From an uncultured Chitinophagaceae bacterium (lineage in GTDB: Bacteria > Bacteroidota > Bacteroidia > Chitinophagales > Chitinophagaceae): a stretch of DNA of 64,000 nt. A program made the position numbers and the translations under genes. The notes under the pieces are model-generated. The model saw nothing but the letters and a program-made list of their open reading frames with translations, did no database searches and was not told the origin of the DNA. The stretch spans positions 9,393 to 73,392 of the forward strand of contig CAMTVU010000086.1 of NCBI GenBank assembly GCA_947085245.1, in the 5' to 3' direction. Below are positions 26,990 through 37,842 of this stretch, one piece after another (positions within the stretch are counted from its first letter, which is position 1; the number at the start of each line of letters is the position of its first letter).

Positions 26990-29806
26990 ATGCGATACTC
27001 ATTAACCCTTATTGGTTTGCTGCTGTTAAGTTTACAAACCAATGCACAGATATTTGGCGGTAACCCGCCTGCGTTAAAATTTTATCAGCTAAATACTGAT
27101 ACGGTTCGCATCATCTTTCCCAAAGCATTGGAAAAAGAAGCAAGGGAAATTGCATGGCTGTCGCATCAGTTGGCAAAGAATGCACCTGCATCATTGGGAA
27201 ACAAACTCCGCAAGTTTGATGTTGTTCTGCAAAATCAAACAACATCTTCTAATGCGTATGTAGGCCCTGCTCCCTGGCGCAGTGAATATTTTATGATGCC
27301 CGATTTGCATAACCTTTCGGCAAGTTCGTTATCATGGCATCAATCATTGCTGGTGCATGAGTTCAGGCATATTGAACAGTTTTCCAATTTCAATAAAAGT
27401 ATTCCTAAAACATTGGGTGTTTTTTTAGGACAGGAAGGGCAGGCATTGGCAATGGGTGCGGCTGTACCGGATTGGTTTTGGGAAGGCGATGCGGTGTGGC
27501 AGGAAACAATGATTACACAGCAGGGCAGAGGAAGGCTTCCTGATTTTTTTAATTCATACCGTTCCCTGTGGCTCGATCATAAAAAATATTCTTATCAAAA
27601 ATTGCGGAATGGTTCTTACAGGCATTTTGTTCCCAACCATTATGATCTTGGTTATTTATTAGTGAGTTACGGAAGAGAAAAATACGGAACAGATTTCTGG
27701 ACGAAAGTAACAACTGATGCATTGAATTATAAAGGAGTGTTTTATCCTTTTCAAAGAGCAGTTAAAAAGTATTCGGGAGTTAAGTATAATGAATTTGTAA
27801 GCGGCGCCTTTACATACTTTCAGCAAAAGATGAATGTTGATTCATTATCAACTTATCAAACTCTGCAACCAATAACAAGACCATCCAAAAAAAATGTAAT
27901 CAACTATCAATATCCCTTTGTGCAAAAGGATGGATCATTACTGGCGCTGAAATCAAGCTACAAACAAATACCTGTGTGGATTACGGTTGATGCCGATGGA
28001 ACACAAAAAAAGTTGAGGGTAAAAGATATTGCTGATGATAATTATTATTCAGGTAAAAATGGCAAGGTTGTTTATACAGCTTACGAACCACACCCCCGCT
28101 GGGGCTGGAAAGATTACTCGGTACTGAAGATTTGGAATACGGAAACCAATGAAGTACAAAAGATCAGCAGTAAATCAAGATTGTTCATGCCCGATATTTC
28201 TGCTGATGGAAAAACAGTTGTTGCAGTGCAGGTATCAACTGATCAGCAATGGTTTTTGCAGTTGATTGATGCAACACATGAAACACAAAGCGCTTTACCC
28301 AATCCCAATCATTATTCTTATACGTATCCAAAGTTTACAGCAGATGGCTCAGCCATTATCAGTGCAGTAAGAAATCAAAATGGAGAAATGGCTTTGCTGC
28401 AAACAGATCTGTCAACCAAAGAAGAAACCATTCTGCTTCCGTTTACCAATGCGGCTATTGGCTTTGTTCAGGTTGCAGGCGATACGGTTTTGTTCACTGC
28501 TTCACAAAAAGAAGGCGATGTGCTGTTCCTGTTTAACAGGAAGAATAAATCTTTATTTAAAACAGCGCAATTGCCCAATGGAAATTACCAGGCAACCATT
28601 GATCAAAAAACAAATTCGTTGGTTTGGAATACATTCAGTACCGAAGGAAGAATGTTGTTGAAGAGATCGTTTAGTGAATTGCATTTGCAAAAAACAGAAA
28701 AAATTGAACCGCTGTTTGATCTGTATCTTTCTGCAAAAACATTTTCTTCCTATTCTGATCTGTTGAAAAATGTGCAGCAGCAAACCGGAGAGATCAGTCG
28801 GTATAAACCTGCATTTAAACTGTTGAACATTCACAGCTGGCGGCCAACACTTGCCGAACCTGATTATGGAATTACTTTTTTCAGCGAAAATATTTTAAAC
28901 ACCTTTACCGGTGAATACAGTTACAATTATAACCGCAATGAAGGTTATCACCAGGCCACAGCAAATATGATCTATGGCGGATGGTTTCCTTTTGTATCTG
29001 TTGGCGCTGCACAAACATGGGGCAGAAAAGACAGGATCAATAATGATACAACCATCACATGGAATCAACTCAATGCAAATGTTGGAGTATCCATTCCTCT
29101 TAATCTTACAAGTGGAAGAATGATTAAGAATTTAACGTTTGCTTCATCATTTAATACAGAACAATTAAGTTATACAGGGTTGGCTAAAAATTTTGTACCT
29201 GATGAAATGTTTAATTACATCCGTTCATCGGTTCGCTGGGTAAGTCAAAGCCAGCGGGCAAAGCAGCATATTTATCCAAGATGGGCGCAAAGTTTATCAT
29301 TGCAATACAGGAGAACAGTGAATGGAAAATATGGCAACCAGGTTTTAGCCAATGCAGGCTTGTACTTTCCGGGTATTGCAAAGAATCATCATTTTGTAGT
29401 ATTGGGTTCATTGTTTGCAAGGGATACAATCAGGGGAAGCAAGTTCACCAACAGTTTTCCGTTTGCAAGAGGTTATAATGCGGTGAATTTTCCACGCATG
29501 TGGAGAGTGAGCGCCAACTATCATTTTCCGCTTGCCTATCCTGAATTTGGTATTGCCAATATTGTTTATTTCCAGCGTATAAGAGCAAATTTATTTTATG
29601 ATTATACAAAGGGAAGAAGTTTGCGTACAGGGAAAATATATCCATTGCAAACAGCAGGAGCAGAAGTTTATTTTGATACAAGAATCTGGAATACATTTCC
29701 CGCAAGTTTTGGAATTCGTTACAGTCGTTTGCTGAAGAAGGATTTACTTGAGCCGGGACGAAGTGCAAATCAATTTGAAATTATTCTGCCGGTTGATTTG
29801 TTTTAA
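26990..29806 (+). CDS. Large secreted protein: HExxH region + PD40/TolB-like repeats + C-terminal beta-barrel-like region
   Basis: Signal peptide. LLVHEFRHIEQF (HExxH). DISADGKTVVAV / PKFTADGSAIISAV PD40-like strands. Aromatic-rich alternating C-terminus ending in F. Confidence 0.55.
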   Translation: MRYSLTLIGLLLLSLQTNAQIFGGNPPALKFYQLNTDTVRIIFPKALEKEAREIAWLSHQLAKNAPASLGNKLRKFDVVLQNQTTSSNAYVGPAPWRSEYFMMPDLHNLSASSLSWHQSLLVHEFRHIEQFSNFNKSIPKTLGVFLGQEGQALAMGAAVPDWFWEGDAVWQETMITQQGRGRLPDFFNSYRSLWLDHKKYSYQKLRNGSYRHFVPNHYDLGYLLVSYGREKYGTDFWTKVTTDALNYKGVFYPFQRAVKKYSGVKYNEFVSGAFTYFQQKMNVDSLSTYQTLQPITRPSKKNVINYQYPFVQKDGSLLALKSSYKQIPVWITVDADGTQKKLRVKDIADDNYYSGKNGKVVYTAYEPHPRWGWKDYSVLKIWNTETNEVQKISSKSRLFMPDISADGKTVVAVQVSTDQQWFLQLIDATHETQSALPNPNHYSYTYPKFTADGSAIISAVRNQNGEMALLQTDLSTKEETILLPFTNAAIGFVQVAGDTVLFTASQKEGDVLFLFNRKNKSLFKTAQLPNGNYQATIDQKTNSLVWNTFSTEGRMLLKRSFSELHLQKTEKIEPLFDLYLSAKTFSSYSDLLKNVQQQTGEISRYKPAFKLLNIHSWRPTLAEPDYGITFFSENILNTFTGEYSYNYNRNEGYHQATANMIYGGWFPFVSVGAAQTWGRKDRINNDTTITWNQLNANVGVSIPLNLTSGRMIKNLTFASSFNTEQLSYTGLAKNFVPDEMFNYIRSSVRWVSQSQRAKQHIYPRWAQSLSLQYRRTVNGKYGNQVLANAGLYFPGIAKNHHFVVLGSLFARDTIRGSKFTNSFPFARGYNAVNFPRMWRVSANYHFPLAYPEFGIANIVYFQRIRANLFYDYTKGRSLRTGKIYPLQTAGAEVYFDTRIWNTFPASFGIRYSRLLKKDLLEPGRSANQFEIILPVDLF

Positions 29807-29895
29807 TTGGATAGATACAGGAATGAAACGGATTTGTACGGATTCTTACAGATAAAATATCAGTGATGATAGAACACGGAAATAGTTCAATCTGT

Positions 29896-30147
29896 TTAAT
29901 CATATATTTCTTTTCTATGCCCAATATCAATTACAAAGACAGTAAGAATTTTATCTTCAATATTATAAATAACCCGGTAATTCCCTGTTCGGATTCTGTA
30001 TCCGGGTCGGCCGGTTAGTTTTCTATAACCTGCCGGCCGGGGATTATCAGCCAATTCCTGAATAGCTTTTACAATTCTATTGAAATGAGGAGGAGGGATT
30101 TTTCCTAATTGTTTTTGTGCATACCTGTCAATAACAAGCTGGTACAT
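29896..30147 (-). CDS. RelE/StbE-family type II toxin
   Basis: 83 aa. ...LADNPRPAGYRKLTGRPGYRIRTGNYRVIYNIEDKILTVFVIDIGHRKEIY is a typical RelE signature. Confidence 0.85.
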   Translation of the reverse strand: MYQLVIDRYAQKQLGKIPPPHFNRIVKAIQELADNPRPAGYRKLTGRPGYRIRTGNYRVIYNIEDKILTVFVIDIGHRKEIYD

Positions 30148-30149
30148 GC

Positions 30150-30356
30150 TTAACTGCTTTTTCTTTTTGCTTTCAGTTCTTTTACTGCCTTATCGAAAGG
30201 AATGAAATGATGTTTTCGTTTCAGAGCTATATCGAATGCTTTAATATCTTCCATTTCTTCAGCAAGTCCAAGCAGTTTTTTATACTGGTTCATCGGAATT
30301 TGAACGGCTATTGGTTTTCCTTTTTTATTCAGTACAACCTGTTCTGTCATGCTCAT
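30150..30356 (-). CDS. Type II antitoxin partner of RelE
   Basis: 68 aa, ends 2 nt before the toxin start. Phd/RelB-like organisation. Confidence 0.7.
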   Translation of the reverse strand: MSMTEQVVLNKKGKPIAVQIPMNQYKKLLGLAEEMEDIKAFDIALKRKHHFIPFDKAVKELKAKRKSS

Positions 30357-30485
30357 GGAGTTAATGATTGTATTTCAAATTTAGATAAGTTTTTTCTAAA
30401 ACTAAGGCTCTATTTAAAGGTTCATATTATACTCTTGATTCATTACTTCCCGATTGGCAGGTTCTGCAATAAATAAAACCCTTAA

Positions 30486-30516
30486 CAAAAATCCTGCTGA
30501 CCCAGCAGGATTTTTG
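30486..30516. terminator. Bidirectional Rho-independent terminator
   Basis: AAAAATCCTGCTG-ACC-CAGCAGGATTTTT. Confidence 0.75.
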
Positions 30517-30549
30517 TTGTTTTGACTAAAGACTACCGGCTAACAACTC

Positions 30550-33453
30550 TTACACTTCTTCTTCCGCATAACTGCTCACGGGTTCACAGGTGCAAATTAA
30601 ATTTCTGTCGCCGTAAGTATTGTTGATACGGCTTACACTCGGCCAGAATTTATTGAGCGTTACATAATGCAGGGGAAATGCAGCCTGTTGTCTTGTATAA
30701 CTATGTTTCCATTCATCGGCTGTTACAACAAACTGGGTATGCGGTGCATGCTTCAATGGGTTGTCTGCTTTATCAACTTTGCCTTCTTCAATTTCTTTTA
30801 TTTCCTGCCTGATGTTTAACAACGCATCACAGAAACGATCCAGTTCCGCTTTGTCTTCGCTTTCTGTTGGTTCAATCATAATTGTTCCTGCAACAGGAAA
30901 ACTCATGGTTGGTGCATGAAAGCCATAATCCATCAAACGCTTGGCCACATCTTCTGCTTCAATACCGGCTGTGTTTTTAAACGGGCGCAGATCAACAATG
31001 AATTCGTGTGCACATGTACCGTTAGCGCCTGTATATAAAATTTCAAAATCTTTTTCCAATCTTACTTTCATATAGTTGGCATTGAGGATGGCGTACTCAG
31101 TTGCCTTTTTCAAACCAGCAGCTCCCAGCAAACGGATGTAGGCATAGCTGATAAGAAGGATGGAAGCGGAACCGTAAGGAGCGGCCGATACAGCGCCGAA
31201 TGCTGAATGCTGAACGCTTAATGCATTTGGCGTTTGGCGTTCTGCGTTCAGCATATGCCCTGGCAGATGTTTCGCTAAATGTGCTTTTACACAAATAGGT
31301 CCCATGCCGGGGCCACCGCCACCGTGTGGTATTGCAAATGTTTTATGCAGGTTGAGGTGACAAACATCAGCGCCTATCAATCCCGGTGATGTTAAACCAA
31401 CCTGTGCATTCATGTTGGCGCCATCCATGTAAACCTTTCCGCCATGCTCATGAATGATTTCGCAAATTTCTCTTACACTTTCTTCAAATATGCCGAATGT
31501 ACTTGGGTAAGTGATCATGGTGCCCGCAAGATTGGCGCTATGTTGTTCAGCCTTTGCTTTAAAGTCAGCAACATCAATGTAACCATTCTCCAATGCTTTT
31601 ACCACCACCACTTTCATACCTGCCATTACTGCACTTGCAGGATTGGTGCCGTGTGCCGAAACGGGAATGAGAATGATATTGCGCTGTGCATCGCCGTTAG
31701 CCAAATGATAATTACGTATAGCAAGTAACCCTGCATATTCGCCCTGTGCACCACTGTTGGGTTGCAGGCTGCATGCATCAAAACCCGTTATCTCAGAAAG
31801 ATATGCTGACAGTTCATCAATGATCTGCTGATAACCTTCTGTTTGACTGGCAGGTGCAAAGGGATGAATCCTGCTCCAGTGTGCCCAGCTCAATGGAATC
31901 ATTTCAGTAGCTGCATTCAACTTCATGGTGCAACTGCCGAGTGAAATCATGGAAGTATTCAACGAAAGATCTTTGTTTTCTAATTGTTTGATGTAACGCA
32001 TCATCTGGCTTTCACTGTTATGCGTATTGAAGTTGGGATGCGTTAAGAAAGAACTGGTTCTGGCAAGTACAAAAGGGATATGTTGCAATACAACTTCTTC
32101 ATCAATAGAAAAAAGAACCGGATCAATATCATTTACAAAACAATTGATAAGATTGTAAAGATCTTCGGGGTTTGTTGTTTCATCAACTGAAATGCCAACG
32201 GTTTGTTCATTGATGTATCGCAGGTTGATCTGTTGTCTTTCAGCTTTTGCTTTTATGGAAGCAATTTCTTTTACTTTAACGGCTATTGTATCAAAAAAGA
32301 AATCACTTTCCAGTTCAAATCCTTTTTCTTTAACAGCGTCTGCAACTGTTTGTGCAAGCAAAGCAACACGCCGTGCTATATTTGTTAAACCATCGGGCCC
32401 GTGATAAACCGCATACATAGCTGCCATGTTTGCCAGCAATGCCTGTGCAGTACAAATATTGGAGGTTGCTTTTTCACGTTTTATGTGTTGCTCTCTTGTT
32501 TGCAAAGCCATACGCAATGCACGGTTGTTCTGTGTATCAATACTAACACCAATGATACGTCCCGGGATGGAGCGTTTAAATTCATCTTTGGTGGTAAAGA
32601 AAGCAGCATGTGGTCCGCCATATCCCAAAGGAACACCAAAGCGCTGTGAAGAGCCAAATGCAACATCAGCGCCTAGTTCACCCGGAGGTGTTAATAAAGT
32701 AAGTGCAAGCAAGTCGGTAGCCATTGCCACAAATGCACCTGCATCCTGTACTTTTTTTATGAACTTACGGTAATCTTCAACCGAACCGATATTGTTGGGA
32801 TATTGCAGTAAAGCGCCGAAATAAGTACTGTCAATTGCTGCGGTTTTATAATCACCAAATACAATTTCAATTCCCAGCGGTGTGCCACGGGTAATCAATA
32901 CATCTTTTGTTTGAGGGAATATTTCTTCATCCACAAAAAACTTTGCGGCATTAATTACATCTGTTTTGTTTACATGATGAAACAGCATGTTCATGGCTTC
33001 GGCTGCTGCAGTTGCTTCATCAAGCAGGGAAGCATTGGCAATGGGCAAAGCGGTTAAATCAGAAATCATGGTTTGGAAGTTGAGTAAACTTTCCAAACGA
33101 CCCTGCGAAATTTCGGCCTGGTAAGGAGTGTATTGCGTGTACCAGCCCGGGTTTTCAAAAATATTACGAAGGATCACACCGGGTGTGATGGTATCATAAT
33201 AACCCTGGCCGAGATAATTTTTGTACAATTTATTTCGTAAGGATACTTCTTTGAGATGCTGAAGCAAATCGGCTTCGCTCATAGCATCGGGAACGTTTAG
33301 TTTGTTGGGATTGCGGATGGAAGCAGGAACTGTTTTGCTGATCAGTTCTTCCATGTTTTTCAGGCCGGTGGTTTTTAATAATTCCTTCTCAGAGCCGATG
33401 GTGCCGATATGGCGCCTGGCAAATTCGTTTTGTTGTGCTTCAAAAAGATTCAT
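30550..33453 (-). CDS. gcvP: Glycine dehydrogenase (decarboxylating), glycine cleavage P protein
   Basis: 967-aa single-chain P protein with conserved blocks ([30 protein letters not shown]). Confidence 0.95.
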   Translation of the reverse strand: MNLFEAQQNEFARRHIGTIGSEKELLKTTGLKNMEELISKTVPASIRNPNKLNVPDAMSEADLLQHLKEVSLRNKLYKNYLGQGYYDTITPGVILRNIFENPGWYTQYTPYQAEISQGRLESLLNFQTMISDLTALPIANASLLDEATAAAEAMNMLFHHVNKTDVINAAKFFVDEEIFPQTKDVLITRGTPLGIEIVFGDYKTAAIDSTYFGALLQYPNNIGSVEDYRKFIKKVQDAGAFVAMATDLLALTLLTPPGELGADVAFGSSQRFGVPLGYGGPHAAFFTTKDEFKRSIPGRIIGVSIDTQNNRALRMALQTREQHIKREKATSNICTAQALLANMAAMYAVYHGPDGLTNIARRVALLAQTVADAVKEKGFELESDFFFDTIAVKVKEIASIKAKAERQQINLRYINEQTVGISVDETTNPEDLYNLINCFVNDIDPVLFSIDEEVVLQHIPFVLARTSSFLTHPNFNTHNSESQMMRYIKQLENKDLSLNTSMISLGSCTMKLNAATEMIPLSWAHWSRIHPFAPASQTEGYQQIIDELSAYLSEITGFDACSLQPNSGAQGEYAGLLAIRNYHLANGDAQRNIILIPVSAHGTNPASAVMAGMKVVVVKALENGYIDVADFKAKAEQHSANLAGTMITYPSTFGIFEESVREICEIIHEHGGKVYMDGANMNAQVGLTSPGLIGADVCHLNLHKTFAIPHGGGGPGMGPICVKAHLAKHLPGHMLNAERQTPNALSVQHSAFGAVSAAPYGSASILLISYAYIRLLGAAGLKKATEYAILNANYMKVRLEKDFEILYTGANGTCAHEFIVDLRPFKNTAGIEAEDVAKRLMDYGFHAPTMSFPVAGTIMIEPTESEDKAELDRFCDALLNIRQEIKEIEEGKVDKADNPLKHAPHTQFVVTADEWKHSYTRQQAAFPLHYVTLNKFWPSVSRINNTYGDRNLICTCEPVSSYAEEEV

Positions 33454-33643
33454 ATTGTTCAGTTCTTTAATTCTAATTTATCAAAAAAAAATATTGGCTG
33501 CATTGGGAAAAGAGCAGGTTGTGTTTTCAGTTGTAAAGCCTCACGGCTGTATTGGGTTGAAAAGACGGGCAAAGTTACGGGCAGAAACCATTCAAATAAA
33601 CGGCTGTTAGCAGTTGGGGATACTCTGTGAAATCAGTTTTGCT

Positions 33644-33750
33644 GTTTCAACACAGAGGTTGGGAGGTACAGAGTTGCACAGAGAAGAATTTTACAGTACA
33701 ACTTCTATCAACTCTGTGTTACTCCCTAACTCAGTATCTCTGTGTTGAAC
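33644..33750. repeat. Imperfect palindromic element built from CACAGAG words
   Basis: GTTTCAACACAGAG...CAACTCTGTG...CTCTGTGTTGAAC. The arms pair imperfectly over about 35 nt. Confidence 0.55.
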
Positions 33751-33769
33751 AATTGACGTTCTTTGCAGT

Positions 33770-34255
33770 ATGGCCGAAGATTTATTAATTAACTGGGAGA
33801 AAAAAGCAGCAGAGCATCAGAAACAATACAGCCGGTTCCTGAAAAGAGCTGATAAGAATAAAGTACTGAAGCAATTGCCCGATTTGCATAAGGAAGCATT
33901 TGAAAAAATTGACTGCCTGCAATGTGCCAATTGCTGCAAGAATTATTCTCCCCGTTTTAAAACACCCGACATCAAACGCATCAGCAAACATTTGCGAATG
34001 AAAGAGGGGGTGTTTATTGAAACTCATTTGCGGGTAGATGAGGAAGGCGATTATGTAGTGCGATCAAAACCCTGTCCATTCCTGGGAGCAGATAATTATT
34101 GTAGGATTTATGATGTGCGCCCATCTGATTGTGAACGGTTTCCTTATACAGATGAAGATGTGATTTTGAAGAGGCCGCAATTAACGCTGAAGAATTCTAC
34201 CTTTTGTCCTATCACTTATTTTGTGCTGGAGAAACTGATTGAACAGCAAACGTAA
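33770..34255 (+). CDS. YkgJ-family cysteine-cluster (UPF0153) protein
   Basis: CLQCANCC ... CPFL ... CRIYDVRPSDCERFP cysteine pattern. Confidence 0.8.
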   Translation: MAEDLLINWEKKAAEHQKQYSRFLKRADKNKVLKQLPDLHKEAFEKIDCLQCANCCKNYSPRFKTPDIKRISKHLRMKEGVFIETHLRVDEEGDYVVRSKPCPFLGADNYCRIYDVRPSDCERFPYTDEDVILKRPQLTLKNSTFCPITYFVLEKLIEQQT

Positions 34256-34261
34256 CAATAA

Positions 34262-34380
34262 CCCCAACTTTCAAGTTGGGGGTAAAACCAATCAGATGAA
34301 GGGCTTTAGCCATGATAAAATTCAGGGCTGAAGCCATGTACTTTTTTTCAGTCCCCCCCCCCCCGACTTGAAAGTCGGGG
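34262..34380. repeat. MITE-like element bounded by inverted hairpins, containing a C12 homopolymer
   Basis: CCCCAACTTTCAAGTTGGGG (34262-34281) and CCCCGACTTGAAAGTCGGGG (34361-34380) are reverse complements apart from one compensated base pair. Internal GGGCTTTAGCC / GGGCTGAAGCC modules. C12 at 34353-34364. Confidence 0.6.
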
Positions 34381-34534
34381 TTATGAAAATCAGTGTACGG
34401 TTCATTACGCTTACTTGTTTGCAGGGTTGCTGAATGTTTCTGCGCTTTTTTCATTTGGTATCTTCCTTAAACTACAATAAAACAAAGCCCCCCGGTTTCA
34501 ACGGGAGGCTTTTGTATAAAACAGAAAGTTGAGT

Positions 34535-35287
34535 TTATCTTACGTTTGTTCCTGTTGCGGGGATATTAAACAGCGAAACAACCTGGGCATAACTCATGCT
34601 CCTGATCTGTTGAATTGAATACCCTGCAGCCGGGCCACTTGTAAAACGGCCGCCGGAAACGCCGCCGGGAATAAGAATGTAGCGAAATTCCCAACCGCTG
34701 GAAGCAAAACCACTTGCATTTCCTGTTGACAGATTGTTCCAATAGTAAATGATTTTACCTGGTTGTAACAGAAAATTTTGTTGCATAGTGGAGCCGCCGA
34801 AGAAAAAGGTCCAGGGTAATAATTGTGGGTCTGTAAATCCGGCTGCTTTAATATAACTTAATGTTAATCCCTGGTCAATTAAACTTGCTGTAACTCCCGG
34901 AGCAGATTTAACTGCTCTGGAAACAGTACCTACAAAAGCCAAAGCAGTATCTCCCCAGGATGGTGAAAATGTAGCATCACCAAACCAGCTTGAATAAATA
35001 ACATTTGCAGTACCTGCCGGGCCTTGTGGGCCTTGTGGGCCTTGTGGGCCTACCGGGCCTTGAGGACCGGTTGCACCAGTAGCACCAGTTGCGCCAGTAG
35101 CACCGGTTGCGCCGGTAGCACCAGTAGCGCCTTGAGGACCGGTTGCGCCAGTAGCACCTGTATTACCAGTTATGCCTTGAAATCCGTTTGGTCCCTGTGG
35201 GCCAACAGGGCCGGTATCCCCTTTACAGGCATGCAGGAAAAGAGAGCCAGCTAATACAATAGCTGATAAAGTAATGAGCCTTTTCAT
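34535..35287 (-). CDS. Collagen-like triple-helix repeat lipoprotein with an unassigned C-terminal globular domain
   Basis: Lipobox-like LHAC, then 23 uninterrupted G-X-Y triplets (GDTGPVGPQ...GATGAT x6...GPQGPAGTA) at nt 35015-35221, then about 160 aa of non-repetitive sequence. Confidence 0.85.
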   Translation of the reverse strand: MKRLITLSAIVLAGSLFLHACKGDTGPVGPQGPNGFQGITGNTGATGATGPQGATGATGATGATGATGATGATGPQGPVGPQGPQGPQGPAGTANVIYSSWFGDATFSPSWGDTALAFVGTVSRAVKSAPGVTASLIDQGLTLSYIKAAGFTDPQLLPWTFFFGGSTMQQNFLLQPGKIIYYWNNLSTGNASGFASSGWEFRYILIPGGVSGGRFTSGPAAGYSIQQIRSMSYAQVVSLFNIPATGTNVR

Positions 35288-35674
35288 GTTCTTCTTTTTT
35301 GATTATGAATGATAAAAAATTGCAGAGTTTCAAATGGAGTTTCAGGGAGATAGTGGATTTATCTTAAAAAGGGATAAGCGTGCGGCTAAAGTAAATATGA
35401 TTATCCACAGAAACAAATAAATAGACCAAAAAAAAACATATAACCCATAAAGTAGTAGTTGAGTAAATAATGTGATTACCATTTCTCTTTCATTATGATG
35501 TATCATCACCAGGGTTAAAAAAAAAATTCTCATAAAAGAATTAATTTCTATTTTCAACAGACGAACACAAAAAAAACAAGTATGAAATGCCCCTCCCGCC
35601 AAAAAAGCGGGACAAACCCAGATGATTATTTCATGGGCATACTTTGTGGCAAAAAAACAATACAAAATAAACAC

Positions 35675-36391
35675 ATGAAAAAATTATTGTCAGCAATTAT
35701 CCTGTTATCTGCATTTACAACTTATGGGCAGTTTACAAAAGGAACAAGAACTGTAGGGATAAATATTTCCAGTATTGGTTTTTCTGCATTGAATTCTACT
35801 TTTTATGTGGAACAGATCGGCACTTCAAGTAACAGTAATAATTCTCTTAACCTATCTATTACACCATCAATGGGATGGTTTATAAAAGAAAATGTACTGG
35901 TGGGTGGAAACATGAGTGTGAATTTCAATAACTCAAAATATACCGCCGGTAACAATGTTGAACGAAAAGGTAATTCTTTCACAATTGGCTTGGGTGGGTT
36001 TGGAAGATATTATTTAGGTACCACGGGTTTTATGCCCTACCTGCAGGCAACCGCAGGCGTTTCCTTCGGATCTGGCAAAAACACATGGGATGAAAGTTAT
36101 CCAACTTATTCAGAAAAAGGGGAGGCAAACCAGAAAGGAATTTTTAATATCAATGCAGGATTGGGCGCAGGGTTAACAAAGATGGTTAATAAAAATGTTG
36201 GTATTGACCTGGGGATAGGGTATGCCTATACAAATGCCAGTTATGATTACTCTTATGTAACAAACATTCAGTACAACAATCCATCTTCGAGTGAAACAAG
36301 AAAAAGTGATTACAGGTATAAAGGTTCAAACCACGGTGTGAATTTTTCAGTAGGTTTTCTGGTGTTTCTTGATCCTAAAACAAAAAAATAA
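35675..36391 (+). CDS. Outer-membrane beta-barrel protein (OmpW/porin-family-like)
   Basis: Start moved to MKKLLSAIILLSA. Alternating aromatic strands. C-terminal ...VNFSVGFLVF. Confidence 0.65.
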   Translation: MKKLLSAIILLSAFTTYGQFTKGTRTVGINISSIGFSALNSTFYVEQIGTSSNSNNSLNLSITPSMGWFIKENVLVGGNMSVNFNNSKYTAGNNVERKGNSFTIGLGGFGRYYLGTTGFMPYLQATAGVSFGSGKNTWDESYPTYSEKGEANQKGIFNINAGLGAGLTKMVNKNVGIDLGIGYAYTNASYDYSYVTNIQYNNPSSSETRKSDYRYKGSNHGVNFSVGFLVFLDPKTKK

Positions 36392-36397
36392 GAGTAT

Positions 36398-36835
36398 ATG
36401 AAATGGATAACAAGAATTTCAGCAGCTATCTTCTTACTGGTTGTTGTTTCTTCCTGTACTAAAGGCCTTTTCTTCGATGGTAAAAAAGTACAGCCGGTGA
36501 TGATTATTGACATGGGTGATATGTATTCAACGTACAACATGACAAATGCAGAAAAGGAAGAAGTGAGCAGGCAATTAAATAATAAAGCCCTGCTTGATGA
36601 AATTATCCGCTATTCAAAAGAAACGATGTGGCCCGATGCGGTTAATACATTAGATGAAAGATTGAACAGCCGTGTAACCATGATGAAGTATCGCTTTTAC
36701 AAAGTGGCAACATTGGGGAATAAAACCATTGTTACAATTCCTCAAAATAAAAACAAGCACATGCCCCCGGGTTTTATTCCCGGTGGGCCCATGTATATGA
36801 TTTTTGTTACTACGGCAGTAGTGGTTAAAAAATAA
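36398..36835 (+). CDS. Hypothetical lipoprotein
   Basis: Lipobox-like VVSSC, 145 aa, 6 nt after the preceding gene. Confidence 0.5.
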   Translation: MKWITRISAAIFLLVVVSSCTKGLFFDGKKVQPVMIIDMGDMYSTYNMTNAEKEEVSRQLNNKALLDEIIRYSKETMWPDAVNTLDERLNSRVTMMKYRFYKVATLGNKTIVTIPQNKNKHMPPGFIPGGPMYMIFVTTAVVVKK

Positions 36836-36854
36836 TGCTGTTTAATTTTTTTAG

Positions 36855-36987
36855 GAGGCTGTTTCAAAGGTTGATAGAAAGGGAACACAACGAACCACAA
36901 AGAATGACACGAAGAACACAACGTATTGATTATGAAAAATAACTTCTTCGTGTCCTTTGTGTTACTTACTACTTTTGAAACAGCCTC
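36855..36987. repeat. MITE-like palindromic element (termini GAGGCTGTTTCAAA / TTTGAAACAGCCTC)
   Basis: Same terminal motif as 2517-2653 but a different interior (CACAAAG / CACGAAGAA words). Confidence 0.65.
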
Positions 36988-37176
36988 TTTTATTGCACAT
37001 CGGCAAAAACGAAAAACCATGCTTTTTAAAGCGGGGTTTGGCCAATGAATGATCATTAATCATTAAACCTTATCATCTTGCAAATAAATTGAACTGCTTT
37101 TAAAAAGGTTGCAACTTTTTAAAAAATGAAAATGAGGTGGAAATGCTGAAAGCATAAAATGATTTTTTTCAGGCAT

Positions 37177-37205
37177 AAAAAAACCTCTTCCGGTAAAGGA
37201 AGAGG
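37177..37205 (-). terminator. Rho-independent terminator downstream of the thioredoxin-fold gene
   Basis: CCTCTTCC-GGTAAA-GGAAGAGG with an A7 run on the plus strand, which is a T-run on the minus strand. Confidence 0.7.
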
Positions 37206-37294
37206 TGCTAATCAGTTATCATTAACCATTAAACCTTATCATCACTGGCAAAATAGAAATTTTTTCGGAATTATTGCTGAAACGATGAACATTC

Positions 37295-37828
37295 TTATTT
37301 CCATCCGGGCTTGAAATTTCTTGCATAATCATCAAATGAAATTTTTCCATACTTGTTTTCACCAAAATACCTGGTGATCATTTCCATTTCTTTCACTTCA
37401 AGCATACCGGCAATTGCCTGCGGATCACTTTCGTCAACAGGTAATATAACCGTTGTGGGATAAGCCAGTTCACCTTTGGTGAAGGCAAGCGCTATTTCAT
37501 GTGTTTTATAAGCGCTGTTGAAACTGTATATTTTTCCTTTCCAGGTAATATCATTTTTGGTTTCAGCATTCAGTTTAACCGTATAGAATTTCTGATTGAG
37601 GTATTTGATGAGATCCTGGTTTGTGTAGGTTTTGCGATCCATTACTTTGCACCAGCCGCACCAGTCGGTGTACAAATCAACGAGGATGGGCCTTGGTTCC
37701 TGTTTTAATTTTTTTTCAGCTTCTTCCAATGTAATCCATTGCAAACGCTCTTTTGAAGTGTTTTGCTGAAAAGAGGAAAAACTAATGACAATAAACAGGA
37801 TAATGGATAAAAAGGAAACCTTTTGCAT
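37295..37828 (-). CDS. Thioredoxin-fold protein (secreted, WCGWC motif)
   Basis: Signal peptide. LVDLYTDWCGWCKVMD CxxC motif. Confidence 0.75.
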   Translation of the reverse strand: MQKVSFLSIILFIVISFSSFQQNTSKERLQWITLEEAEKKLKQEPRPILVDLYTDWCGWCKVMDRKTYTNQDLIKYLNQKFYTVKLNAETKNDITWKGKIYSFNSAYKTHEIALAFTKGELAYPTTVILPVDESDPQAIAGMLEVKEMEMITRYFGENKYGKISFDDYARNFKPGWK

Positions 37829-37842
37829 AGTATTTTTGTTGC

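Noticed and set aside
33454-33769. Glycine riboswitch in the 316-bp leader upstream of gcvP.
   Set aside because: Reading the minus strand, I could not find the conserved aptamer elements (GGAGAG, CACCGAAGGGGCAA or CUCUGGAGAG-type). The region is largely occupied by a CACAGAG-word palindrome. A cmsearch with RF00504 would settle it.
34353-34364. C12 homopolymer as a phase-variation switch.
   Set aside because: It lies inside a MITE-like element between two convergent gene ends (ykgJ-family and collagen-like). It is not in a promoter or ORF, so length changes would have no obvious readout. Length heterogeneity in reads is still worth a glance.
35342-35674. 110-aa hydrophobic ORF in the divergent spacer between the collagen-like gene and the OM barrel gene.
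   Set aside because: The ORF sits in a very AT-rich, homopolymer-rich spacer and overlaps the extended upstream frame of the 35675 gene. The hydrophobicity is what translating T-rich sequence produces. It cannot be excluded without expression data.
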